From Octopus vulgaris (taxonomy: Eukaryota): a stretch of DNA of 64,000 nucleotides. Shown one piece after another: positions 38,739 through 52,050 of this stretch (position 1 is the first letter of the stretch; the number at the start of each line of letters is the position of its first letter). The translations under genes were made by a program, and so were the position numbers. The notes under the pieces were generated by a model, which saw only the letters and a program-made list of their open reading frames with translations, made no database searches and was not told the origin of the DNA. The stretch spans positions 28,520,001 to 28,584,000 of the forward strand of contig OX597822.1 of the NCBI GenBank assembly GCA_951406725.2. Direction: 5' to 3'.

Positions 38739-40652
38739 CTACGGATTTATATTCGTTGATGTTGTTTTATGAGCGAAATTAACATCAACAGATTCTTTTG
38801 TGGATGTTTTTGTAATTTTTTGCAGATTCTGAAAAATACTGCGTCGAGCAATACTTGTTGATAGAAACGATAAACATATAAGTAATCCAACGAATGAGTT
38901 TAAAATACAAAATAATAGAGAAAATTCTTCAATTCTTGTAAACGTATACAGAAATGCGAATGTCCATGTTAGCCCCATGATAAAGAATAGTTTTACACAA
39001 ATGATAAACTCCAATTTCTTATGTTTTGATAAATATTTCGAAGAGAGTTTGCGTGCCAAATAGAGCCCTCTAGCGGTGAGGGTAAACGCTATGATATTAA
39101 GACATAAAATAAACATTACAGGGATTAAAAAAAACCATAGCAGACTTTTTCCATTTTTAATCCAGCAAATATCTTTTCCATACTCTGGGGAAAGTCCATG
39201 ATTTCCAGGAATATACTCAAATACCAGTGATACTGTTACTATTACAAGTGGACAGATCCAAGCATACAAGGAACAAAATACAAATCTCTTGGTATGTTTT
39301 CCTTTACTTCGAAGTTGTGTGAGTCCTGAGAAAGTGTGACAGGCATCAAATTACACTGTAGATTTAGTGATTTGTGATGAGATAAGAAATAGAAGCTCAG
39401 CTACAAACAGTGCTGACAAAAGACTAATGAGTAATTTACCTGGTAAGGTACGGAGATCAGGTATACAGAGATAGACTATAATGGTGATTGCTAGAGCTGG
39501 AATAGAGATTACGAGTCCCACTAATGTGATATAGTCTCAGCTACGGAATATTTTGATATACCATTGATATTTGATATATTATTGGTACCATTGTTTACAC
39601 AGATACTTATTATACCTTGAGAATCACGAGTGAATTCTGATTGGTTCAGCAAACGTTCGGTATTATTTAAGTAAAGAAGATCATCACTAGTAATGTAATA
39701 CTCAGATTCATTTAATCTTGTTGTCGTACAGTTTAGTGGAGGATGGTAGATAACTTGTCGACATTGATCGGTATTGATATCGTAGACAGCGTATCTTTGG
39801 ACAGGAGGGAGACTGCACATGTCTATTTTCCGTTTGGCCTAATTCATTTCTTACCTTTACAGTATTGGTATAATAATCAAAAAGTATTGTTAGAGGAACA
39901 TATCCTACATTTCCACTTATTTCAAGATAATACACTTTACAAATATCACTGGAAAACCCGTTACATTTGGCACAGTCATTATTTTTGTAAAACACCCTAT
40001 TTACATTATCTACATATATTAACGCCATTGGCTCAGACTCACATGCCACCGTTTGTTCTTTATTACTATCTTGTGGACAACTCGAAATAAATGGAATACA
40101 AGAATACAAATATTTCTTCAAATCTTCTGGAGGTTTCACATCTGGCCAACATCTTTCTTCTTGAGATAATTTGATTATATTTTCAAAGCTTACATCAGAG
40201 TGAGTCAGCATTATATAAAAGATTCCAAAGAATAAATTCTTCTCCATGACACAGAGCACAATACAGGTTTCTATAGAGTATTTTACTTGTTTTACCAAAA
40301 GCGGGTATGTTTTGTAGTTGATCATCTGAGTCAGGATTTTCGCAGTTGTTCACATACTCCGTAACATCATGGTTAGGCGGACAACGGTCAAACTGATAAT
40401 AAGTATAATAATCATCACAAACTTGTACAGCTGTAATATAGTGATGGATAGTATGTGATTAGAAGTGCTCTTATTAGCCATGTCAGAACAACATTCCTTG
40501 TAGAGGTAACAGTCCGGACGACACGAACAGCGTTCCGTGTGCGCGGGAGGATCTGAGCACAAAGCTGGGCTACAGTTGTTGAAGTATTGTGCATATGTTA
40601 CAATATTTGAGAACAATAAACGACAAACTACAACCAACAAAACTGTTTCCAT
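38739..40652 (-). pseudogene. Disabled Methuselah-like GPCR paralog (receptor 3)
   Basis: Full-length homology split across frames; indels near 40450, 40420, 40205, 39795 and 39535; 69-nt deletion of TM3 with TAA at 39351-39353. Confidence 0.88.
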
Positions 40653-40960
40653 TTTCAAAGACATAATGAATAATGCATGAATTGACCTTCCAAGTCCCGG
40701 TGATACTTTGATAATTTACTTCACTGCCGTAAATTTAAAGGTATTACTATGTACTTTGAAATTTAGCAATGTTTCCAAGAGATATAATGATCAATACCTT
40801 CACAAAATTTTCATTCCGAAGCGGAACAATGAAATTAATTTCGGTAGATTTAGATTCTTTGATTTTATTGCTATTAAATGTTGAATGTTCGCGACTCGGC
40901 TACTTAGCGTCACATATATGCATGTATGAATATATATAGATCCGAAGATAGTTGAGGCAT

Positions 40961-41305
40961 CTGCAAAAGAACAAATATTTCATTAAACATACTATTATTG
41001 TAAACATTGATACATATTAAAGCACACACGCATATACACAGATAAACACACACGCATAATATATATATATACAACTTATAAACAAGGGCAAAAGAAAAAA
41101 TTCCAATGCCTAATATGCCGAAAATAGACTTAATCGTCAATAACCATATAATTTATCACTATAAGCACGCATCTAGAAAGCAAGCCGATAGAAATTTCTA
41201 ATAAATTTCGTTATTATCGAATCGGCCCCGATTTCTGAGTTAATTCATTTAGAATTTTCTCGTAATCAGCGATAAATACGATAAGAAAATTAATGAGATA
41301 CTTAC
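40961..41305 (-). other. Candidate 5'UTR intron of receptor 3
   Basis: CAA|GTAAGT ... tttgttcttttgcag|ATG. Confidence 0.6.
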
Positions 41306-41446
41306 TTGTACCCACGGAAGAAGTAAACACTAAGTCCTGTGTACACTTAAGTACCCCAAATATATTCAAAATAGAAATTCAACAGCATTCTTCGAGACAC
41401 GTGTGATTCACTTCGGGACTCATTTTCAGTCCGATCACATTTTTTT

Positions 41447-41471
41447 TTATTTATTATTATTATTATTATTG

Positions 41472-41543
<72 letters not shown>
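41447..41543. repeat. (TTA)n microsatellite (paralogous tract at about 62485-62567)
   Basis: Direct reading. Confidence 0.95.
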
Positions 41544-41544
<1 letters not shown>

Positions 41545-43416
41545 TAGTGTTGTTGTTATACATACATACATACATACAAGCATACGTAATGAAAATAATA
41601 ATAAGTGGATGTCAACACATGAACAAAATAAGAATAAACAAAAACAACAATAAAAGCAAATTACACGAACGTATAAAAACAGAAGATACAAATATTACAG
41701 GCATCCCTCCACCACACACACACACTAACTAAACATAGACGCATATAGAGATATAAGCGAGTGCAAATGAAGACATACAATAGAAATACAAAATGGCTGA
41801 CGGTTAGTAAGGAGAGACACAAATAAGAAAGAAGAAAACAAAGGACCACTGATGCGGTCACAGGAGTGTGACGAAAGAACTCTGGCTGAAATTAGATTAA
41901 GATTAATGTACAAAATAAATATCACTGAAGCAAAATAACACCAAATATATAGTGCGTGTGTTTTTATTGGCTAAACTGGCAAAATGACCATTCCGAAATA
42001 TAACAATATCTGTTTTAACACACGGCTTCACGTAAAAAATCTTGCACAACAGATATATAAACGTACAATACTACGGCTGAAACAAAATAAAAGCAGAGAG
42101 GCGCAACGAAGTAGAAGGATAAATGTTGTCAGTGTCTTACCGCTGTGCATAGGAAAACAGTGATATCATTACAAATAATTAATTGCTTAGTTTTTGCATG
42201 ATAAAGAATATTACTCTTACCAATATCCAAATTTCGCTTCGGTGCTCAGACGTCGCAACAACAGTCGTCGTTACCTCCTAAAGTTAGATGTGAATTGAAA
42301 GCAGGATGGGCACAATGTCATTGAAAGTGATAGGAAAAGAAGAGAGAGAGAGTGAATGAGAACGACAGAGATATCGACAATAAAGTGGAATCAAATGACA
42401 AGTAGCAAAGTGGTCAATATGTAGCTGCCGTTCTCCGGAAGCAATCTAAGAACAATAATACAGCTGAGTCAGAGAGAGAAACAAATGAAAGAATACAGTA
42501 ACATTATCACTAAGAGAGAGTTCACAAGGAGGATATAATAAGACGGATATTCATTAAAACTAGGATGGGACAAATGTCGTTAAAAGAGAGAGGGGTTGAC
42601 GGGCATATCTCCAAGAGAGTGTTAACGAAGGAGAGGTACGAAGACTTGCTAGTATGTGGCAGATCTGTTGAGTAGTAAGCAAAGAACAATGATACGGTGG
42701 TGAGAGAAGGAGAAAAAAGGAAGAGAAAACAGTGTGATCCATATCGAGGATAAATTTGTTAATTTACATGCAATCGTCTATAAACAAACAATGATTGAGA
42801 ATTGTGATGTAGCAAAGATTTCCGCCTACGGCAAATTCTATATTTCTACTGAGACCAGGATGGGTCGTATGGCATTAGCAAGGAGGTGGATGGAGAGGAA
42901 GAGAAATGACAGAGATATCCCCAACAGAGTGGCAACGAATGAGGGGACCGAAGGTCTTCAGTATGTGGCAGCAGTATTGAAGAAGAAAATAAAGAATAAT
43001 AAGGAAAAGAAAAGAAAAAGGGAGAAAACAGTAACATTAACACTAAGGAAGAGATGACAAGGGACAAATTTACAATACCTAGGAAATATTTCAGGAAAAG
43101 TTCCTATTTTTACGGGGAACGTATGTATTAATTTGCATGCAGAACAATATTTTTCTTACCGGCAGGAGAGTTCAGAAGTCGGCAGGAGAGTTCTGTCTAC
43201 AGATGTAGTTAGATTGTTAATGAAAAGAGGAGGGGCAGAATATCATCAAGGGAGTAAGGCCAAGAGAATAAGAGAATGTGTGAACAACGAAGATATTACA
43301 AATAGACGAGCAACTTCTATTGGGATGTCGCAGTTGTGTTGAGGAAAAAAAGACAGAGATAGACAGAGAAAGAAAAGGAGAGAAAGCAGTAATATTATCA
43401 GTGAGAAGGGAGTGAC

Positions 43417-43992
43417 GAGGTGGTGGTGCTGGTGGTAGTGGTGGTGCTGGTGCTGGTGGTGGTGGTGGTGCTGGTGCTATTGCTGGTGGTGGTGCTGGTG
43501 GTGCTGGTGCTAGTGGTGGTGGTGGTGGTGGAGGTGCTGGTGGTGCTGGTGCTGGGGGTGGGGTGGTGTGGTGGTAGTGGTGGTGGTGATGGTGGTGCTG
43601 GTGGTGCTGGTGGTGCTGGTGGCGGTGGTGACGGTGGTGGCGGTGGTGGTGGTGATGGTGGCGGTGCTGGTGGTGGCGGTGGTGGTGCTAGTGGTGGTGG
43701 TGGTGGTGGGGCTGCTGGTGGTGGTGGTGGTGGTGGCGGTGGTGGTGCTAGTGTTGGTGGTGGTGGTGGAGGTGCTGGTGGTGGTGGTGCTGGTGGTGGG
43801 GGGTGGTGGGGTGGTACTGTTGGTAGTGGTGGTGGTGATGGTGGTGCTGGTGGTGCTGGTGGTGGTGGTGCTGGTGGTGCTGGTGCTGGTGGTGGTGGTG
43901 GTGGTGGTGGTGGTGGTGGTGGCGGTGCTGGTGGTGCCGGTGCTGGTGCTGGTGCTGGTCGTCGTTGTTGTTGTCGTCGTCGTCGTCGTCGT
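43417..43992. repeat. G-rich (GGT/GCT)n low-complexity array with an internal higher-order duplication
   Basis: About 575 bp of GGT/GCT/GGC triplets ending in (CGT)n; the motif GGGGTGGTG..GGTAGTGGTGGTGGTGATGGTGGTGCT recurs at about 43560 and 43800. Confidence 0.9.
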
Positions 43993-44282
43993 GGAAAATC
44001 TAGAGACTGTGTTGTATAATAGGCCATCAATTGTTCTACTATTGAAGAGTGACTGCCAATGCCGATCATGTTGTCGTTGCAATTGTTTAGTTGTGGTAAG
44101 AGTAAGAGCAGTAGAACGTAATGACAATGATGATGATGGGGATGAAGAGTCATTGTGCTATTTCGAGAGAATGAAATAGCTACACACAGATGGGCTCTTG
44201 ATTGTGGAGTTTCATATTTCCTTAATTGTATCGAGGAGTGGCCGAAGTTTTCGTTGTTTTGTTGCTGTAACATTATTGTTAC

Positions 44283-44318
<36 letters not shown>

Positions 44319-44484
44319 AAACATATATATGTATGTAAAACTTGCATTTAGCATATGATCATGCAATCTAGATCAATACATGTATATTTATACACACACA
44401 CACACACACACATATATGTATATATATATATATATATATATCTGTAAATGTATACATATGTGTAAATGTGTACGTGTATGTACG

Positions 44485-44530
<46 letters not shown>

Positions 44531-45359
44531 CATGTGTGTGCGTGTTGTATTATACTTATATATATATATATATATATGTCTACATATTCATCTATACGCA
44601 TTTGCATTTTTTGTAAGTGTATGAATATATTAGAGTGAATTTGTGTATACATGTACGCGAGCGTATGTTTATATATGTATATCCATACATATATGTATAT
44701 GTGTGTGTATGTGTACATCTATGCATATCCATGTATATAATTACGTATGTGTATACGTCACTGTATTAACACGAGTGTGTCAAACTTTGCACAGACGTCT
44801 GTATCTTGCTTTACGTAAGAATATATGCACATATTTATCTATGCTACGTATGTATATTTATGTATATATACACACGTGTGCACCTGCATATATGAGATCC
44901 TATACACGTATGTGCGTGTATCTAGTTGTATGTTTATACCCATATACTTAGATGTGCGTGTATCAGAGCGTATGTATATGTGCGTATATACATATATATA
45001 TATATATACTGCTATCATGTTCTTAAGAATGAAATTAACCTCTTTACACAGATACATACATACATACATACATGCATACATATATACATACATACATACA
45101 TACATACATACATACATACATACATACATACATACATACATACATACATGCATATATATATATATCTTCATCCATCACCGTCTTGTACTGTCTTATATTC
45201 CTCCCCACCACTACAAACTCAATACCACTATAAAATGGTCAGAACTCCTCACACAGCAACTTAGTTTGATTTGAAAACCCCACTAGAATGGGAGAAAGCG
45301 CTAATACATGATCTAAGTTATATGATATATAAAAAATGTAATATACAAATAAATATATG

Positions 45360-45950
45360 TTAATACAAACCATAAATCCAAAATGTTCATGTTGAATCTC
45401 GTTGGTACGAGCACGAGTTGGGATAGGAAAAATTCATCCATAAATTGAAATAGAGATTCCACTGCGGCTTTGTCTGAAGTGAAACTGTACGCACCAGTTT
45501 TCAGGGTATGAGTAGACCAGTTAATACAGGGGAAATTGAAGTTGCCAATCATTAAAATATTATCAGGATGACATTGTTGAATGACGGACTTGATGTTCGT
45601 GAGGCAGTCCTTGAAGCACAATAGTGGTGCATGAGCTGACCTGTAGAGCCCAATTATTTCTAAATCATTGTTATACAGATTCACAATAGCCCTTGGAAAA
45701 TGTGACATTTCTTTCTGCAGTAAATGAGTCTTGTAGGAAAATGACAACTCCTACCATTTTCTACCTATGCGGTCTGCTCGGATTGTGGTGAAATTCCTTA
45801 CTTTTACTTCAGCTTCCAAGTGGGAGTTGTTAAGGTACGTTTCAGTAAGGAAGAAGAAGGGAATGTGGTGAGTGTGGTCGGTAACCTAATCCTCAATGGA
45901 TTGCATGGAAGGGTGTGCATATGCCTTTGAACATTGGGTAAGAATGTTGA
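45360..45950 (-). mobile_element. CR1/Jockey-like LINE AP-endonuclease fragment
   Basis: FLTETYL..RADR, LYRS, IGNFNFPCINW, QLVLVPTR..NILDL. Confidence 0.8.
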
Positions 45951-46543
45951 GACTGGAGTAGTGGCCTGGTCAAACTTTTTTAGTGGTCATGGTGCAAATC
46001 TATGGGTCAATGACAGTGACGAGGATAGGTTTTGCACTGAGGTAGCGACAGAAGTTGATTCCGTGTGATCGCCATGATATTCTTCTGGATCTCTTTGGGT
46101 CTCTTCTGGATCTCTTTGGATAAAAAATAAGAATTAACCTGGTTAAGGAGAACTCCGTGGCTGGAGTTGTATCTACATTCACAGTTATGTTGATTGCTTC
46201 GGTCCAGATGGAGGATATGTAAACGGAACACTTTTCCTCTTAAATTTCTTTTTTTACGGAAGCCAACGTTTTAGGCTATGGAGATTTCGATTCTACAGGA
46301 AATTTTTCAAAACTCCGCAACTACAATTTCAATTTCCACCCCTCCCCATTTCTTCATTTTGCACTTTTTCCGGAAATTTTTTTTGGAAAAATACGCACAA
46401 AAATACAGAGATTATGAATCTGAAAAATAAAACACTTTGTAAAATTTCAAATTTTTAAAAACAAAAAAAAAATTATCCTCCCCCACAAGCAGGCTATTTA
46501 CATGCTAGAAATAACAGCCAAATTCCAGCATTTATAGAGAGAG

Positions 46544-46595
46544 GGTTTACAGCTGTTTCTAGGATATTAATTAATAATTTCCCTCCATCGGAGAC
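46544..46595 (-). ncRNA. Degenerate hammerhead-like motif (inverted partner of 46936-46987)
   Basis: GTCT-CCGATGG-AGGG..CCT-A-GAAAC-AGCT-GTA. Confidence 0.4.
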
Positions 46596-46935
46596 GGTGT
46601 GAGAGGAAAGTTAAGTCATAGTTAGTTTAGTTGTGATACAAATAGAAAGTGAGGTTTGAGGAAAGAAACTAGATGCAAGATATGTATGGGTATTGAGGTT
46701 GTATATACGTTTTATAGGTATATTGGCATATATGCAATATTCTAGTATCCTTTGAATAAAATCCAAAAGTCTAACAGGGTTTAAAATGAGTCCTTCGAAA
46801 TATAGAGTTTATAAGCAATGTAAGATTCCATTATGATTGAGATCCATCAGATTTTTAAACTTGGTCATTCCCAGTAGGAAATTTATATAGAGTTCTGCAG
46901 ATCAAAGATTTGTGACTTAACTTTCATCTCAGACC

Positions 46936-46987
46936 GTCTCCGATGAAGGGATATTATTAATTAATAACCCAGAAACAGCTGTAAGAC
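46936..46987 (+). ncRNA. Hammerhead-like motif, CCGAUGA core variant
   Basis: GTCT-CCGATGA-AGGG(AT-rich stem)CCCA-GAAAC-AGCT-GTA-AGAC. Confidence 0.6.
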
Positions 46988-47199
46988 CTTGTAGCTATAA
47001 AGGCTCTAATATCTATACAGCCTTGGTTTTTTATCACATTACGCAAAAAGTTCTTATATACACACGCTGACATAGAACCAACGTTGAACACTGTATTCGC
47101 AACATCACCGAATCTGGAACATAACTATGGTCTGTCTATAGCACTTATTCAGCATTACCTGAATGATACCATTACCTCAATGATACCATTATCTCTTAT

Positions 47200-47410
47200 A
47201 TGTGTGTGTGTGTGTGTTTGTTTGTCTGTGTTTGTCTCCTCATCATCGCTAGACAAGAGACGTTGGTGGATTTATGTCCCCGTAACTTAACAGTTCAGCA
47301 AAAGAGACCAATAGAATAAGTACTAGGCTTGCAAAGACTAAGTCCTGGGGTCGATTTGTTCGACTAAAGGCGTTTTCCACCATGACCGCAGTCAAATGAC
47401 TGAAATAAAT
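47200..47410 (+). mobile_element. SINE family A, 3' half
   Basis: GTCCCCGTAACTTA..GCAAAAGAGACC.ATAGAATAAGTACTAGGC..GTCAAATGACTGAAA. Confidence 0.85.
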
Positions 47411-47582
47411 CAAAGAAAACAGAATAAACAAACAAACATACATATATATATATATATATATATAAGTTCAGCAAAATTTAGATTCAGATGAATATGGTAC
47501 CAGAATTTTGTATGGTATTGTCCATATAAATCTGATGGGGTGATTATAATCCATATAAGCAACAAGTATATCCAAGGTAGAG

Positions 47583-47666
47583 TAGTACAATTGTTTCCTG
47601 CTACTTCATTTTATTAAACACTGTAAGTATTACATCAGTTTTAAAATGTCGAACAATCTTCAGCCA
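47583..47666 (-). ncRNA. Hammerhead-like motif with extended stem II
   Basis: TGG-CTGAAGA-TTGTT..CATTTTA..TAAAATG..AGCAG-GAAAC-AATT-GTA-CTA. Confidence 0.5.
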
Positions 47667-48190
47667 GTTATAGAATTTTCAAATCAAACGGACAATACAC
47701 ATTCTTATCTCTATTTCATTTGCCAATATTATAAAGAGGGTAGATATATAGACAGAGAGGTTAATTTCATTCTTAAGAACATGATAGCAGTATATTCACT
47801 CTCTGACTGTAGATCTTATCATTGAGTTCACTTTGTTATTTAGATCTGTCAGTGGGGAGAGGGATTTTATTTTTGGTTGGATGGAGACAAAGAATTTTTT
47901 CTATTTAAAGATATATGAAGGGGTATTATAAATGTCAAAACCATAAACCTATTCCTATTTTGAGGAATTCGGTTTAGATACATTTGAATGTATTAGAGCA
48001 AAAGCTAGTAGGTTGAAGTTAGAGAGGTAGGGGAACATAGGCTTCTAATGCTCTAGAGGTTTTAATGTCCCTTACCATTTAATATCCAGATTCCATATTA
48101 AGAAATTTAAGTAAATATTCTTTAGATAATTTTCTAAAGAATTTCAATAAATTTAGTATCTTATATAGGGATAGAAAATATAGAAATCTT

Positions 48191-48876
<686 letters not shown>

Positions 48877-48999
48877 TCCTATATAGGAGAGTATCAAAAA
48901 AATTCTAATTTCATTATATTCAGATTTATATATATAATTTCTTAGTAATCTATGCAGGTAAAATAAAACTTAGTATGGTATATTCATTTTTTACCAACT

Positions 49000-49950
49000 A
49001 ACATTATCATCTAACAATGAAATTTTTAATTCTCATTCAAATAATTATAATGTTACTTTATCTGGAGCTGGATACGACCAGGAAATCACCTTCCTAGATC
49101 TTGATAATATAAGTCTTTCAAATGGATAAGTGAATGAAAATAGCGGAAATAATATGGAATCTTCTATTTTAAAAAAAGTATAAATCAATTAAAACGAGTA
49201 ACCTAGTATATAAACCTGATACAATAATTAGAAATGGAAAACAGATCATAAAGAGTATAAAAAGTTTAAGCTAGATAAAATAAATATAAATTATAATTTT
49301 AAAAATTCTCTCCCACAGAAAAAAAAACTAATAAACATAAATATAAAACTAAAGAGAATAACGAATCTCTAAAGGGTACAGATAACATTAATCTTCGCAC
49401 CCTTACTCAAATAAAAGAAATTCAAAAGAAAAAATTTTGTATGGTTAAATATCCCCTTCAACTGTTCGATTTCTACGAACCTATACGGCGAATTTAGGTC
49501 TATACTAGAAAACAACTTCCCTGCTTCCCATAAATATTATAAAATAATTTCTAATAAATCAGTAAGAATATCATACTCTACTCTTCCAAATATGGGTACT
49601 ATAAGAGCTAGACTAAATAGAAATAATATCAAGTTAGCTAGAAATGGAATAAATAGTAACAACAACAACAACAACAACAATAATAATAATAATATTAATA
49701 ATAATAACATGATTATTAGCAATAATAATGATAACATCAATGATATAAATGATAAAAATAAAAATGTGGAATGTGAGGAAATTGGGAAAAGATTAATAAC
49801 AAACAACCCTAACTTACATAACAATATAATTATAGATAAGGGAAATAACACTAATGCTAATAACAGCTCTAGTAATGAAAATGAAAATAGCTTGTTCCTA
49901 AATAATACTAATACCAGGAATCATAAAAGCCAATATGGTATATAAAAGCT
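49000..49950 (+). mobile_element. Penelope-like fragment (RT end, linker, Asn-rich tract)
   Basis: EITFLDL; WLNIPFNCSISTNL..NFPASHKYYKII..VRISYSTLPNMGTI, then poly-Asn. Confidence 0.75.
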
Positions 49951-51647
49951 AGTATGGTATATAAATTTTTCATTTGGTTACAAAATATTAGGATTTCAAA
50001 ATTTAGGTATGATCAGAATGTTATTATTTAAAATACTTAAACATACGGGTAGCACAATGTATACAAGATTTCCCTAGTTCGGAACGGTTATTCGATAAGT
50101 TTTTATTATTCCTATGTTTAAATCAGCCGAAACGTTGTGGTAACAACAAACATGATGACACATATCTGTCCAGTGTAAATAATGTAAACACAAGTTTTCT
50201 TCCTTTCTTAAATTGCCTGGAACCCTATTTTGTATATTTTCGATCCAAAAATGCACATCGGCTTCTCCCTATTGAAATTTCTCAAGAAAATTAACAAAGC
50301 TTCTAGACCAAACTACATATTCACAATTTTAGCAGGTTTTTTTCATTATTTTTTGTTTACGTATGAATAAATTACTGGGAATTCAAACTTACATCATATT
50401 TCAAAATATAATCACAAATTCTCATAACAAGCAATATGTTTTAAAATGCTTTAAAATTGATTCTTCTTTCATTGTTTATTCTTCCACTACCGTTTTCAAA
50501 TCTTAGATCACAGGCAGAAGTTATCGAAAATGGAACGGATTTTCACAAAAGTCCATGCATTGAAGATTAACTTGATAAATCTTATTACATATTGATATTA
50601 ATCTATCCGTTAAGGCAACGAGCTGGCAGAACCATTAGCACACAAGGCAAAATACTTCGCAGCATTTCATCCGTCTTTACATTCACAGTTCAAATTCCGT
50701 CACGACCCCTCCTCGGAAATTGTTACCTTTTTGCCAAAATTTGGAATCAATATTACTCTATTGGTTCTTTCATATTTCCTTTCACTTAGCTACCGATTGC
50801 TCCCAATATCGACCATTTTGCATTTGCATTTGACTGTCTTCTTCTGTGTGTATACCAGTGACCGTATGTACGATCATATATGCATGAAAAATACATATAT
50901 GTGTGTGTATGAGTGTGTGAGTGTATTCGTAAAACTTTATGCATACACATCCATACATATTCACTTATAGACCTAAACATCTATACCAACACATACACGC
51001 ACACACACACACACACCAGCACATACATACATACAAAGATACAGGGCAAGCATGAAGTCTATACACAAGGGAAACATGTCTTACTCATTAATATCGCTAA
51101 TAATGATTGTGTAGAGCGGGTTTCGTCGCTCATCAGATATTAGTTCGTTTCACGTCTTTTTCTGACGTATGATGGAGAAGGTGTACTCAGTGAAAATCAC
51201 AGATGAAAATCATGTTGAAAATGTTATTCTTTAATGTAGTTCAATAATATTATTGAATAATATTATTTTCGCTCATGTATGTAGACTTAACGTTCACACT
51301 TTACATGCATACATGAATAAATAAATAAATAAATAAATAAATTTCTGATTGAACAAACAAGAGAAACATAATTCAGTATATGAATATATCATCTTTTTTA
51401 TTTTTAATCGCAAGAATGTTACAAAAGTTACTCAAAGGCCGAGAGCTTCGTAGGCGGCACATAAAACACTGACTTCAAATCAGAGGACTCGTTACATATA
51501 AAGAGAATATTTCGTGAAGCCTAATATTGGTAGGTCACGTGCATATAATGTAATTGTTACAATAATACTTATTAGTATTTACCCTATGCTTGCTAAAAGC
51601 AGAATATCATCTGCTCCGTCTATGGAATTACGTGTCACTCTATGGGT

Positions 51648-52050
51648 ACTCGTTTACTTGTTTCATTCATTTGACTGCGGCCATGCTGGAGCACCGCCTT
51701 TAATCGAGCAACTCGACCCCGGGACTTATTCTTTGTAAGCTCAGTACTTATTCTATCGTTATCTTTTGCCAAACCGCTAAGTTACGGGGACATAAACACA
51801 ACAGCATCGGTTGCCAAGCAATACTACGGGAACAAACAAAGACACAGAAACATACACGCACACATATATATATATATATACATATATACGACGGGCTTCT
51901 TTCAGTTTCCGTCTACCAAATCCACTCTCAAGGCTTTGGTCGGCCCGAAGCTATAATAGAAGACACTTGCCCAGGGTGCCACGCAGTGGGACTGAACCCG
52001 GAACGATGTGGTTGGTAAGCAAGCTACTTACCACACAGCCACTCCTGCGC
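51648..52050 (-). mobile_element. SINE family A, full length
   Basis: GCGCAGGAGTGGCTGTGTGGTAAGTAGCTTGC head through GCAGTCAAATGA tail. Confidence 0.9.

Larger units (their letters stand above)
31170..42780 (+). repeat. Segmental duplication copy A (partner 50560-64000)
   Basis: Collinear anchors 31.2/50.6, 32.3/50.75, 35.45-36.0/51.07-51.54, 36.37-42.77/57.26-64.0 kb. Confidence 0.9.

Noticed and set aside
38739-39269. 176-aa ORF as a separate membrane protein
   Set aside because: It is TM4-7 of the broken receptor 3 with a non-ATG start
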